The notes beneath the pieces are model-generated. The model did not search any database. It saw nothing but the letters and a program-made list of their open reading frames with translations, and had not been told where the DNA came from. From assembly GCA_015680685.1 (NCBI GenBank), contig MNCI01001499.1:183349-247348 (forward strand): DNA of 64,000 nt, read 5' to 3'. This document shows, one piece after another, positions 35,806-49,547 of the stretch. Source of the DNA: Gnetum montanum (taxonomy: Eukaryota > Plantae > Gnetophyta). Numbering within the stretch: the stretch's first letter is position 1; every line of letters starts with the position of its first letter. Made by a program: the position numbers and the translations under genes.

Positions 35806-38800
35806 ACTACTACCTAGCATAGTCCAACAACACATCTTGGATTCTATAACCCCTAAGAAACTCACCTAGTCCATTCAATCCTCAGTTGAATCCAAATCAA
35901 CACACCATTTCCCAAAATCCTAGCTTGAGTCTCTACCAAGATTGAGACCTAGTCAATTATAGTATATGGTTCAACGTTTTCCTTTTTCCCCATGACTATG
36001 TTGGGAAAAACTAGCATCTAAATTGGGCTAGCATAGTCCTCAGATTCTAGGGATAGTAGACACCATACTAACCCTTACACACCTCCTAAACTACCTTTCA
36101 AAGCCTCCACACCTTGTCAGGACCCCTAACAATCCTAGATTGCTAGTTGATCGAACAAACAACCTTAGGAAAATCAATGAAATTGAGTTTCTACATGTGA
36201 CTACATTGAGGACTTGGACGACTATGCTAGGCCAGCATAGTCCTAGTGATTGCCCAATGTAGTCCACTCAAAACCAAAGAAATAATCATTTGTGAACTCC
36301 AACTCAATTTTCGAGATCCCTAAGACACCAAACTAGGTTAAATCTCATCATTTATACCATATTTCATACCACAACTAAGCCTACACTAAATGGGGAGCTA
36401 GGACTATGCTAGGCTAGCATAGCCCCTTCCTAGGGTCCAACATAATCTCATTAATATACCAAAAACCATGAAACTTGATTTCTGCAAAGCCCTGAAACCC
36501 CAGTTAAAGCTCATCTAACCCTAAAATCTAGTTTCCTTCACAGTTTGTCATCCATCACATGGACTACACTAATGAGGGGAAAAGGACTATGCTAGGCTAG
36601 TGTAGTCCATGCATGAGCCTAGCATTAACCATTTCAAGAATCCATAGAAACCATGGAAATTAACCTTTGGAAAACATTAGAACTTAATTCAAAACTATTT
36701 TTCAACAAGTTTTGTATATTTTTCACCATTTTAGCCACTACAAACTTGGACTATACTAGGGGAGATGGGAACTATGCTAGACTAGTGTAGTTCTAGTCTA
36801 GGATAGTGTAGGTTCTTTTAAAAATTGTAAAAATATCAAAAAAATATACTCAGATCAACACCTAAGAACCCTAGAGTGCTATTTGAAGTTGACTAATAAT
36901 AGAACCTATAATTTTTTCAATTTTTTTGACCTTCCAAAATGGGACTACATTGAAGGACATGAGGACTACGCTAGGCCAATGTAGTCCCTCTCCAAGTCCA
37001 ATGTAGTCTTCCAAAAACTAATGAAATTTGTCAAAAATAACTTAAACTACTACCAAAAAAACATTTTCCAAGCCCATTTAACTTCAAAACCTTCATTTCA
37101 CACCATTTTTGGTTACATCCACCATGACTACACTAGGGTAGAATGAGGACTACACTGGCCAGCATAGTCCTTCTCTAGGCCCAACATAGTCCATAAAAAA
37201 CTAATCAAATTTACTTAATAACCACCTAGATTTTATGTTCATAGACCCTAAAACCTTCTATAAGCCTTTCTGCCTCTAGAAATTAGCATTTTCCATCCCT
37301 TTTTCTCATTCCGACCATGCCTACACTAGATGAAGACTAGAACTATGTTGTGTTAGTGTAGTCCCGCTCTAGGCCCAACGTAGTCTCTCAAAATGGGAAG
37401 AAAACATGCTAGCAATCATCTATGTTTGTTTCCAATCAAATGCAACACCTTGTTGGAAGCCTCCATCAAGCATGGAAACAACTTTTGACAATCCAAACCT
37501 AGACTACACTAACAAGGAGATGGGACTACATTGGGCAGGCATAGTCCCATCCCAAACCTAGCATAGTCCCAACCAAAAATTCCATAGTAGGCTAAAAATG
37601 ACCCAAAAATATGTCTATCAACTATAGGACACTATTGGGACACATTAAGTCTAATAGACCCTAAATTCTAGTCAAAATTCATTGATTTTGAACCCTCACA
37701 CCTTGACTATGCTAAGGAGTGATAGGGACTATGTAGCACCATCATAGTCCCTCTTAATCACCAGTGTAGCCTCCATTAGAATGCCCAAAGTTGATCAAAC
37801 AATCATCAAATCCACTTCTATTCAAGCTTCACACATCACCAGAGACTATTTACTCATGGAACCCAACTTCTCTCATCATTTCTAACCCACAACACTTGAA
37901 TGCAATGAAGATGGGTAAGGACTATGTTGGGCCAACATAGTCCACTCCAAGCCTAGCATAGTCCCCATAAACTTATCCAAAATCATTCAAAATCTACTTT
38001 AAATAGTCCTGGGGCCCATCAAAGTTAATTTTGATTCTAAAATTTGTTTCATTTATTTCAAACTCACTATACTACTAGGCTAGCATAGTCCCTACCTAGC
38101 CCTAGCATATTCCACTTAAAACACTCCAAAAATAACCAAAAATACCTTAGAACTCATTTTTTGGATGTCTTGGAACACTGCCAAAGTTGATTTCAATTGT
38201 AAAACTTAGTTTCTGCAACTCTTGGAATGCAACTACATTGAAGAGGACTGGGACTACATTGGTCTAGCATAGTTACTATCCAAGCCCAGCATAGTTCATT
38301 TGAAGATGATCAAAATAGCTCTAGAACTACCAAATCAACTCCTAGAAAGACCTGGAGCCCTATCAGAACATCTACAAACCTTGGAATCTTGGAAAACAAG
38401 AAAAAATTCATTATTTTTTTAAGCTTTTCTCATTTGGAATCCTTAACTATGGTAGGAATTTCACACCCCATGTAGTCCCATGGTATTTTGGGATTCAAGG
38501 CCCAAATGAGCATGATAATTGGAAATTTCTACATCAAAACCCTAGCCAGTGATACTAGTGATCCCAAAAGCCCATTAGAATGGTTAATCGAATCCCAAAA
38601 TTGACTAAAATTCATATTCCACTTCTAAGTATGTTAAGGAAGTAAGGGACTATGTTGGGCTAATGTATTCCCGCTTGGGAGAAAAAATGTAGCAACCAAA
38701 ACTAACAGTAAGCAACTTAGAATGGTCCAAAATTGATCTAGAATGAGTAGAATCTTATCCCCATGATTCTCAATTGTATATTTCATCTTGTTTAGCCTTG

Positions 38801-39080
38801 GGAACCTCATAAATCATTCATCCCCTTGTGACTATGCTAGGGCCTAGTGTCCTAGCATAGTCATCATAAGAAACAAGTCTCTTCCACTTTTTAGAAGCCA
38901 AAATGGTATCAAAAGCTATCAAATTTCAATACCTACCTACTACACTAGCTATTTAGACCACTAGAAGCCTAAAAATGATCATACCCAGCCCTAGAAAGTG
39001 CCCTGTAGGTTAACTACACTAGAAGAGGATAGGACAATGTTGGGCTAGTGTAGTCACTAGTAGGGCCCAACATAGTCACA
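35806..39080. repeat. Element A internal tandem array, right part (about 185-bp units with palindromic core)
   Basis: Cores at about 36220, 36401, 36584, 36769, 36964, 37147, 37340, 37522, 37726, 37919, 38251, 38647 and 39030. Confidence 0.9.
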
Positions 39081-39529
39081 AAATGATCCCCTCATGGGCC
39101 AAAACTCTTATGACAAACCTATAGCCACATACCATGGCCCACTAAGGCCTAAAATTTGCAAAATCTAATCCTTCTTAACTAGTATTAGCCAAATTTTTCA
39201 TATGTATTCCATTTAGATAAATTTGACCTTGTGTTGCATTACTAACCGTCTTTCTTACCACTTGACTTTATATGACCTTCATATAACTTCCTATTTTACC
39301 ATTTTCACCTTATTTTCAGTCTTATGGCCTTTGATTGACCTTATATGGCCTTTTTTTAATCCCACTAGTCATTATCTATCTCTTATAGCCTTGGTTCACC
39401 TTGTTTTTATTTTTGTTTATCATTGAAATAGAATATGTTTGCATGTTTACTAAATCATTTTAGCATTTTTTATTCATTTTTAACTAGATGACACATAATA
39501 TGCTTATGGTTGCTATGCAAGATTGAACT

Positions 39530-42500
39530 ATGGATAATTGGAACTAAATTGCCTTGCCTTTGAGCCTGAGTGGGCCTCATGATGATGTTGAATGATATAT
39601 CGATTCTTATTGTTTATATCTTGAGCCTAAGAGTCTTATCAACCACATAGCCTCAACCAAAAAACCTCTAGGATCTTCTAAAAATATAGATAAAACCCTT
39701 GATCTAGTGGTTGGTGACATAATTGAAGACTCTTTGGCTAAGGTTCCTATCACAACACATAGTGGTGAGAACAAAACCCTTAAACTAAGTTCCTCATTAG
39801 AACCTCAATAGGCTCAAGNTCCTTAAACTAAGTTCCTCATTAGAACCTCAATAGGCTCAAGACATCACTAAGGTCCTATAGGATAGCATTAAGGCCTTTT
39901 CCTAGTCATATGAATATTTTCAAGGCCTACAACTAGAAATAGTCTAGCACAACATCATACTTGATCCTAGCATTAGACCAATTAAGCAAAAAGTGTGTAA
40001 GATTGGATTGGATTTAACCTTGGTAGTTTGTGATGAAATTAAAAAAATATACCAAGATAGTTTTAGTAGAGCTATTGACTATGCAAACTAGGTACCCAAT
40101 GTCATGTTAGTACCTAAGAAAATAAAAAGTATCTATATTTGCATCAATTTTTGAGACCTAAATAAGGCAAAAATTAATGATGACTTTCCTTTGCCTAGTA
40201 TTGATCAACTCATTGATACTAATTAGCACAACCTTCATGACCCCCTGGGGGACCTTTTGCTACACCATGATGTCTTTTGGTCTTAAGAATGTAGGAGCAA
40301 CCTATCAAAGATCCATGACCTATGTCTTCAGTGATTACATGTTAGGTTTTCTCAATGATTACGTAGACAATATAGTTGTTAAGTCAAAAATTGTCAATGG
40401 CCATGCTAATGACCTAAACCTTGTGCTTAAACAATGCTTTAAGTTTGAACTTAGACTTAATCCTAAGAAGAGTTCCTTTAGCATCAAGACTGGTAAAATG
40501 CTTGGCTTTGTAGTATCATAAGAAAGGATACATGTCAATCCTAAAAAGGTTAAGGCCATCTCCAACTTGGTGCCGACTAACCTCAAGGAGCTTCATGGAT
40601 TACAAGGTATCTTGTAGTTTATTTGTAGATTTATCACTAGGCTTACAGATAAGTTATATCCCATGTAATACTTTCTTAAGAAATGAGTTCACTATGATTG
40701 GATAGTTCAATGTCAAGAAGCCTTTGAAAACCTTAAGTAAGAATTGGCAGAACTACCAATAGTCTACCATTCACAAGAGCGTAAACCATATTACATCTAC
40801 CTCACCATCTCTAACACATCCATCACTTCTCCACTCTATTAAAAACATGATGATAGATCAAATATGCCAATATATTATCTTATTCATGCATTAGTTTTCC
40901 ACAAGACTAGGTATTTTGAACCAGAGAAGTATTGTCTAGCACTAGTCTTCTCATTGAATAAGTGGAGGCACTACCTCTTTAGGATCCATGTCAATGTCAT
41001 TTGCAAAGATAACATACTGAGATCCATCATAACCAATATCTATGAGAGTAGCTATATGGCCCAATGGAAAGCCATAAGAACAAATTTTGACCTTCATTAT
41101 GTTTCTCAGTCCTCAACAAAAGATCAAGCTATAGCTATAAAACTTACTGTTTCACTTGTTAATGACCAAGGAACTATAGACCCTGAGTTTGTTGATGAAC
41201 ATGTAAATACCATTAGCCATGTGCTTGAGGGTTATGAGGTGTCCATGAACTGTGATGAAGCTTCAACTATCCATGGGGCTAGTGCTGCTACCATCATGAC
41301 CTTTCCATCTAGTGAAATCCAATCCTTCACCTATCATTTTGAGTTTCCATGCACTAACAACATAACAAAGTTTGAGGGTTTGATCAAGGTGATAATGGTA
41401 GCACATGACCTAGGAATTAAACATTTGATAATTAAGGATGATTCTCAACTTGTGGTCAACCAAGGAAATGAGGTTTACACGTGTGAAGCTAAACATTTAC
41501 AACCCTACTATGACTTAGGGAAGTAATTGTTACAACAATTTGTAGACGTTGATATCTAGCATATACCCCAAAATGAGAACACCATAGTTGATGCCATCGC
41601 AATGCTAGCCTTCAGTGTTACACTAGATTTTTTTAGTAATTTTTCCACCTTAACTATGGAGTATGCTACACCCATCACATAGAGTGTTGAGGATGCCTTT
41701 GTAGCTATTGTTCATATCACTCTCCCAGGGAGTGGTATGATGATATCAAATTTTACCTTATGCATGGTGAATCCTCATAAGTCTTGAATACTGATCAAAA
41801 GGACATTATACATAAATGATTAAAGCAGTATGTCATCATAGGCAATAACACATTATGTCAATAATTCTACAATGTTGCATTACTAAAGTGGTTGGGTAAA
41901 TTTGAAAACAAAACAATCCTAGATGAGGTTCATAAAGGTGTTTTTGAGGGACATATAGGACCTAGAGCCATGACCACTAAGATTAGATAGTTAGGCTATT
42001 ACTAGTCCCATATGGAAGGTGACTACCTGTAGAAGCATAAGTACTATGCTAATGCTAATGACAAAGCAACCTCATACACATACCACAAACTATGTTTCAT
42101 ACCACTTAGATAACTTGGCCATTTCAATGATGGGGATTAGATATCATTGGACCTATAATGCCTAGGTCTTCTACAGGGCATAACTTCATCATTATTGCAA
42201 TTGAATACTTTACCAAGTAAGTTGAAGCCATTTCCCTAAGGAAGACTACATTTGAACAAGTCTAGAAATTTTTCTTGGATAACATTTTAGCCCATTTTAG
42301 TGTACCCATGACCATAGTTATAGAAAATGGACCATAATCTAGTATCCAAGAAACTAAAGATTTCTTTCATGATCTAAGCATTAAGCATTCTTTCTCGTTG
42401 CCTTACTACCCTCAAGTTAATAGACAAGTAGAATCAAGCAATAAGGCCATCATCAGCTTGCTAAAGAAGATTCTTAACAATAATAATAGAAAATGGCATG

Positions 42501-42972
42501 AGCAACTTTCCCATCCACTATGGGCCTACAGAATGACCTATCGCATGGCAACTAGTTAACCCCTTATAGCCTGGTTTATTGTTCTAAAGTTTTTTTACCT
42601 CTTGAATTGCAAGTGCCATCACTCTAAGGAGCCTTGACTGACTTCATCAATGATGGGCAGAATAAGGAGTTGTGGATAGTAGCCTTGGACTTGGTGGAGG
42701 AGCAATGTATGCAAGTGCTTGCTCACATCGAACAATATTAGGAGAGGTAGAAATGGTATCATTGCCATAACTTGACCATGTAAAAGATCAAGGAAGGTGA
42801 CTTGGTTCTCAAAGCTATTTGTGAACATGCATATAAATTCTTAGCCAACTAGGAAGGGCCCTTCCTTGTTACTAGGTCCTATGGTAATGGAGCATTTAGG
42901 ATAGCTGACATGGATGGGAATGAGTTGGCCAATCCAATTAATCATTCCTATCTAAAACCATATTACATATAG
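39530..42972 (+). pseudogene. pol: Element A pol: RT, RH, aRH, INT
   Basis: TPWGTFCYTMMSFGLKNVGATYQ, YVDNI, PCTNNITKFEGL..DDSQLVVNQ, EYFTK*VEA and EGPFLV; stop at 42970-42972. Confidence 0.9.
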
Positions 42973-43007
42973 CCAACAATAACAAATAAGCAAGCCTACT
43001 TTCTATG

Positions 43008-43178
43008 GCCTACCAAGGCCTAAAACTAGTGCAACCATAGCTTACCAGGGCCTTAAACTGGCAACATGGCTAGCTAAGACCTTAAACTAGCAACATCACT
43101 TGCCAAGGCCTTAAAATAACACCATGGTCTACTAATACCTTAAACTGGAACCATAGCCTACCAAGGCCTTAAACTGGC
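43008..43178. repeat. Element A 3' UTR tandem repeats (ACCAAGGCCTTAAACTGGCAAC type, about 30-bp period)
   Basis: About 6 copies just after the pol stop. Confidence 0.8.
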
Positions 43179-43829
43179 AACACTGGTAGCTTGTGATGAC
43201 TAGATATATTGCACTATTCTACATGATCTTATATATTTCATTGTAACAACATGATTTCTTTACTTGGTTTTCTTATTCCCTTGGAGTTCTATTTGCAAGA
43301 TGAATCTTTAAACCATCGTAAGGGTACAACTCATTATGGCAACAAGTCACTATGTGACCTTGATGTGCAAGATTTGGTAAGTTTTTACTACTTTGTTAAG
43401 AGTGCTTGTACCATTTTCCCTACATATAGCACCACTCCTAGAGCCCAAACCTATAGCCAAATTATAACCTTCCATACCTTGAAGTACAATGCTAACCTAT
43501 GTTTGCCACTCATATACTATAGCCATTTGATATCTCTCTATCATGATCCACCTTTAAGTCCACTTGAATGTAACACACTTTACTTAGTGGAAAGGCACTA
43601 AGTCCATCAAACATAACACATCTTGTTCGGTGGGAAAATCACTAAGTTCGTTAAGTTCATTGAGTGTAATGCATCTCACTCAATGGGAAAACCACTAAGT
43701 CTGTTAAGTGTAACAAAACTTACTAAATAGAAAAACTACATCAAATTGGTCCCAATAATGAAATCCAATGGAGGCTTCACCCCATGAAAATAAATAAAGA
43801 AGAAAATTACAAAAAACTCAATTGGCCAA

Positions 43830-44298
43830 TGAAGCCTCAAAGCCTAATGATAGAAGAAAACTTGGGGCAAACTGATTTGGCTCTCATACATATTTCATAC
43901 TTCAACTTTATAAGGCCAAAAAATACTCTAAAAGTTGTTATTTCCTTATTTCCTAAGTAGAAAAGGGTACCCCATCTCCATAGTTGGGCTTGGAAAGGCC
44001 AAAAATGCCTTTGGAATGACTAAAAATAACATGTTCATGGGCTTTTGTAGGGATATAGCCCCAACTACACTGGAACCATTTTTAGTAGTTATTCAAACTA
44101 CATTTTTAATAGTCATAGTAATTACACCTTCAGTAGTTACAATAGCTACAGCCAAAGTCCCTAGATGATCAGCAATATCATTTAGAACACCCTAAATCCT
44201 ATTTTTCAAAGGCCCTTGGGATTTGGGATTAAGACTATTCCAGCATTCGGATCTTTTGGTTTCCACCATTCTAGCAACCAAGATTTCTAGCACCAACA
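43830..44298 (+). repeat. Element A 3' LTR, internally deleted; left boundary uncertain
   Basis: Homologous to both ends of 6002-7591 but lacks about 1.1 kb of the middle. Candidate start GGCCAA|TGAAG at 43830. Confidence 0.65.
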
Positions 44299-47200
44299 TG
44301 TACAATTATTAACTTCTAAAGTTCTACTTATATTTCTTTTTAAGAAAATTTATGTCCTAACATAATCCCATCCTAGTCCATTAGGTGGCTTTTCTACCAA
44401 TTAATCTTGAAATTTGTTTCTATACATCACTTTAATACTTTCTTTAATTGGTCTAGTGCTTGCTTGAAATCTAGCTCATATGTTGAAAATTCATCCATAA
44501 ACACTTCAATGACATTTACTATTTTCTTTAGAAGATGCTAAGTATAAACCTTGGAAGGTAACTAGTGCTTTAAAAAGATTAAGTGCCATCTATTTGTAGA
44601 CAAACATTCCTCATGGAGTGGGGAACATCATTTTCTCCTAGGCCTTGGATGCACTATAGATCTACTTGTATCCTTTGTATCCATCCAAAAAACTATAGTA
44701 CTCGTGTCTTGCAATAGTATCTAGGACCTTATCAACAAATAGTAAAGGGAAGTAATCCTTGAATGTAGCAATGTTTAATAATTGGAAATTGATGCATACT
44801 CACCACTTTCTATCCTTCTTTGGAACAATTACTAAAAGACTAACCCATTCACTATCCATGATAGGATAGATGAATCCTACCTTCAGTAATTTCTCCAACA
44901 TCTTGTTAACTAGTTTTTTCAATTTGGGATTAAGCCTTCTTTGGGGTTGACATCATGGTTTGACTGCTATATTAGTATATATCCAATGTTAACAAATTCT
45001 TTGATCAATACATGTAATCTCATCCTAAGACCACACAAACATTGTTGACCACTTGTTGATAACTTCCAATAACTTTTTATTTTTTTCTTCATTCAAGTTT
45101 GCATTTATTATTATTGGCTTCTTGTTGTTTAAGAAAGCATATTCTAATGCTGCTAGTAGGGCCTTGAGGTCTAATAGTTCTAGCTCTATAGTATTTGGGA
45201 TCTCTAACTATCTATTTCTTCTTCTATGCCTTCATGTGAAGAAGGGTGCCTCTTTCTTAAGTATTCTAGTTTATCAGTTTCTTCTACATAGGCACTTATG
45301 ATTTAATTAGTTTATTTCATGTATTTTTAGATTTTATCTCATCACCTATAACTAGCCACTAGATACCTTCTTGTTGAGTGGCCACCATACACAAACATTT
45401 CTACACATACATTTTCTCTATGCATCTCTTGCATGCTTTAGTATTTTACTATTGAATTGCCCATATTTTTTGCACATAGTTGTACCTATTATTAGTATAT
45501 ATGATACATGGAATTCTTTATTTCTTAATGATTTTGGCTTCATCTTCCTTGGAAATTTCCAAGGACAAATCCCTAATTCCAAGCTTAGCATCAATAGTGA
45601 TAAGACAAGCCCTTCTTATTATGATTGGGAACTCTCCCCTATTTTTACCTATGTGGATAACTAGAAAATCAACAAGGTAGGATTGGCTACTAATGGTGGT
45701 GATCACACCATCCACTTGTCCTAGTGGAACTATGATCAACTAGTCAACAAGCTCTAGCCATATGTTATTCTTCTTCAATGATGGTAGATTCTAGGCCTAA
45801 TACATATCTTGTAAAATCAAGTTTACCCTAACCCAGAATCTAGTAGATCCTTGCATGATTTTTGTGCTACCACTTCAAGGTATACCAAGGAACTTCTTGG
45901 ATTTGTTTGTTTCTATGGAAATGCTTCTACCTTAATTCAATGAGTAATGGTTTGTGTCCGCATGACAATAATGATGTTTACATTAGTTGATGAAGGAAGA
46001 TCATGACTTATAGGAGGATTGGATATGGATGGGGGAGGAGTAGATGTAATCCCCATCCTTCAAACCTTTTCTAGGGCCATTTAGAAGAATTTTTATTTCC
46101 TAGATTGTGATTCATGTATGATCACTTCTTCCTACATGTTAACCACCCTAGTTTCACTTTTCTATTGTAGTTAAGATGCTAGTTCCCTCTACATTAAAGG
46201 AGGTGGCATTGGTAGTAAAGGTTCGAGATGTTTATTTAAGGAACTAGTTGCTTATGGATGCATGTATGAGTTTGGTTCTATCCTTAGCATCGTAGGTCTA
46301 TGATATTTAGGTAGATAGTACTATGGATCTTTAACAACTACATTACCTAGGGAGATCGGATGTTGTATGTGGTATCCATAAGGATCAAGCTGTCGATATG
46401 GATACTATTAACGTGGTGGTGACATGGCCCAAAATTCGAGTTTTTGCCACTATTGATGATATTTCTCTTATGGTTATGGGTAGGCTAAACTAGGATTGTA
46501 CATGGGTTGGAAATCTTCCCTATAGTTACATTGAGGGCAAGGTAATCATTTGGGCATATTTTTCTTAATAAAATTGGAATTAAGTGCATACACCCCTATT
46601 TCTTATAAATGTGCCATTACATGACAACATCCTTTGGGATGTTCCTATTGGCATATGACACATCCCTCCTCATCTTTGAATCTTGTTTTTGAACATTCAG
46701 CCATTGAGGCAACATTTCCCTTTCATCCAAAGTCTAATTTCTTCTTCTTGTCTTTGCCTTTACTAAATGCTTACTCAGTTCATTCTTCCACTATCTTTAA
46801 GGCTATTGTAAGCTTCTCATCAACCAAATCCCACATCTTCTTTGCCTTAGCTTCTATGTCAGTGATAAATTTTTGAATGGATAGATTCTTTTTCTAAATC
46901 ACCTTATCCAAGGTCTCTTCTTCTTGTGGATTACAAACTCTTTCATCAATTTTTCAAATGGATAGATCTTTGTTGTATTCTTCTATTGATTCTCTTTTCA
47001 TTAATTCATCCTCTTTCTTAGTGACTTAATCAATTAATCTTTGTATCTAATGGGTAGACATTTTAGATAATCGACCTTGGGAATAAACCCCAAGGGTCTC
47101 TTAAGTCTTGTTTCAAAGCCCATCAAAAATGTGGCTTAGTTGCTTTCTTTGAGAAAATGCATGGCATGGGCACTTGTGTAACAATGAATAATATTGGTTC

Positions 47201-48330
47201 ATTACTACATCTAGGGATTCATGGGTTCCTTATTTCCATCCTTAGATCTATTTTTGTAGATTGAAAACTGATGAATATGTTTGATATTTGTTATTAAAAC
47301 GTTATAGCATGGTACTCCATCTTCTAATTGATTCTTATTCAAGTGATCTATACAAACTTTTAGATTCTTTCACAAGTATCCTTGGGAATAACTTTAATTT
47401 TTTCCAATCACTCTCTATGTTTTGTAGGGCATAGGCATCATGAAATTCTTGAATATGGTGTTGAGGATCAACATTGTAACCATCCTTAGATTTGGTCATG
47501 TTATTCATGTCTAACCACTTGATGTCATTGTCCCTTATGTGCATTGTGGGTATATAGATAGATTCTTGGATATTGATCATACTATAGGTTGCCATCATGG
47601 GTTCATCATTGTCATTGGGTACATAAGCTCTATTGTAGCAGTGCCCCCTTTGGTGTTCATACATTTCTCAATCCTCTCTTCTATCCCTATGCCTTCTTCG
47701 TTTATGGTCCTTATCTTCTTCATCATAGTATCTTGGGTGATGTTCATAGTGATCATGAGTACTTCATTCTTTCTTATCATGGTCTCGGTACCTCTATCTC
47801 CTCTTGTCAGAGTTCATCAAAAATCACCAAGATGAAGTTGTAGTAGTAGGAGAATGATGCTACCTTGTTCTCCTTCTATGACTCTAGCAGTCCTCCTTGT
47901 CAAATTCAATAGAAAATCTTGGCCCTGAGTTCTACCTATACTTGGAGTCTATTGCCTCCCTTTGTGTCTCTACTAGGGAAAAATGTAATTGAACTTTGAT
48001 AGGTTCTTCAAGTCAAATGATAGGTATTTGAGAAGGATCCTCATGATTTTGGTGGAGTTTTTCTACAATAAATGCATCACCATAGAGTTCTTCTAGAACA
48101 ACTAGAGTGTTAACCTACTTTACTTTGTTATGTACATGCTTAATTTCCATGGCAACATCTATTTTCATCTACTTCTCTATGGGTTGATAGGGCCTTGTCA
48201 TGTGCTTAATTACATGGTATTCTTCCTATACTAGATTCATCCCCCTTACAATAGTTTGAAGAATGCTAAGTATTTCTCACTCTGGAGGCAAGACTAATTT
48301 TTCCTGTATGTGTCTTGACCTCATTTTTTG
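44299..48330 (-). pseudogene. pol: Element E gag-protease-RT
   Basis: Gag DPQHHIQEF..KLKLFPRIL (47335-47664), protease LLDSG near 45840, RT EWVSLLVIVPKK..KDYFPLLFVDKVLD..YSFLDGYKGY at about 44650-44860. Start position approximate. Confidence 0.8.
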
Positions 48331-48620
48331 GTCTTGATGAAAGATGAAAGTAAAGTATGTATAGTAGGGATTGGTGAGAGCATATGTGATTTTGGTTTGC
48401 ATGGGCATCCCCTAGTCTTCTTCATCACTAGTCCTGTCATTACCTCTATGTAATTCTTTGGCAAGTGGTGATTGGTCTTTAAGTGAAGCCATGTTGAAAT
48501 TATGATGCTTGTTAAGTGTGTGTGTGTGTTTTCAAGTTTACTTAAGAATTATAAGTTTTAACTTTTGAATTCCTAATACAATGAACTTTGTAAAATCAAT
48601 TACTTAGTACACAATGACTA

Positions 48621-48638
48621 TCACCAGCAACAACACTA
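48621..48638 (-). other. Element E primer binding site, degenerate tRNA-Asp type
   Basis: Plus-strand TCACCAGCAACAACACTA resembles a decayed TCCCCGGCAACGGCGCCA and lies next to the LTR. Confidence 0.65.
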
Positions 48639-48639
48639 A

Positions 48640-49522
48640 TGATGAGTGGTGGAATAATCCAACATCCAACCATGTAAGTCACGAGTGTTCACGTGTGACT
48701 TGATCATAATTTGTAGATAGACAATGTTGGTATGATAGTAATTGAGTTGAAGTTCGAGACCATTGTCTTCCCCCTTGGAGCTAGTGAAATCTAAGGATAT
48801 GATTTAGCTCACTATGAGGTGTATGATAGATGATGTTGATAGCCCCACTTTACTCCTAGCCATAAACATAATTGAGAATGAAATCTACTCTAGCCTATAA
48901 CAATGAGCATTTGATCCTGATTTTCTATACACACCTTGATCTTCAAGTAACCGTTACTAGGATACCAAGCATTATGCTACTAGGTGTACCAAGTAATAAC
49001 ACTTTTGGGCTTACTAAACAATTACACTTAAGTGTTCAAAAATCAATCGTACTCATTTCACTTACTATAAATGAGAAAAAGTAAAATGCTTCAAAAAAGT
49101 GAAACATTAAGCTATAAAATAAGAAACATTATTCTAAGTAAAAATAGTAAAAACTAAGTGGATACGGCAATGATATGAAGTAATCTCAATCTTTATTTCT
49201 ATTTGCAAACTGTGCTCAAGTATAATATGTTCAAATAAAGATTTCATTCAACTAGTAGACATCAAATTGTGGGTATTCACTTCTATCACTAAAACTATGT
49301 AACAAAACTACAAGAGTTTCAATAAGGTATGGAATGGAAAGTTTTTGGATCATGTGCCCAAGTGTCGTATTTATAGGACTACATACATCCCGAGACATTG
49401 TATTAAGGAAATTGACATTGGATCAATGACATTGTTGATATGATGTCATTGCTATGACGTCAATTTGACTAAAAATTTGACTTCATTAGTTATTATAAAG
49501 TAAGATGTACTAAGTTACATCA
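48640..49522 (-). repeat. Element E 5' LTR
   Basis: TGATG...CTCATCA termini on minus and TATA (CCTATAAAT) at about 49369-49377. Sequence beyond 49522 switches to an intron of element D. Confidence 0.7.
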
Positions 49523-49547
49523 TGTTTTACTCTTGTTGTTGTTGTAG

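Larger units (their letters stand above)
6002..44298 (+). mobile_element. Element A: Tat-lineage Ty3/Gypsy retrotransposon (RT-RH-aRH-INT) with antisense cassette, interrupted by element B
   Basis: Starts TGAAACACC (6002) and ends CACCAACA (44298). Flanks TGTAT (5997-6001) and TGTAC (44299-44303) form a 5-bp TSD with one transition. E pol continues on both sides. Confidence 0.85.
1..49522 (-). mobile_element. Element E: Athila-like Ty3/Gypsy LTR retrotransposon, decayed, interrupted by element A (6002-44298); 3' end lies left of the window
   Basis: Minus-strand order is LTR (TGATG...CTCATCA), tRNA-Asp-like PBS, gag, PR, RT, then after the A insertion RH, INT and an extra 3' ORF. No archaeal-type RNase H was seen. 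Confidence 0.8.

Noticed and set aside
35806-39080. Palindromic repeats with variable spacers resembling a CRISPR array
   Set aside because: Spacers are about 150 bp and homologous to each other, repeats are degenerate, there are no cas genes, and the context is a eukaryotic retroelement.
39778-39861. About 40-bp duplication in A pol
   Set aside because: Flanks an N at 39819; assembly artefact.
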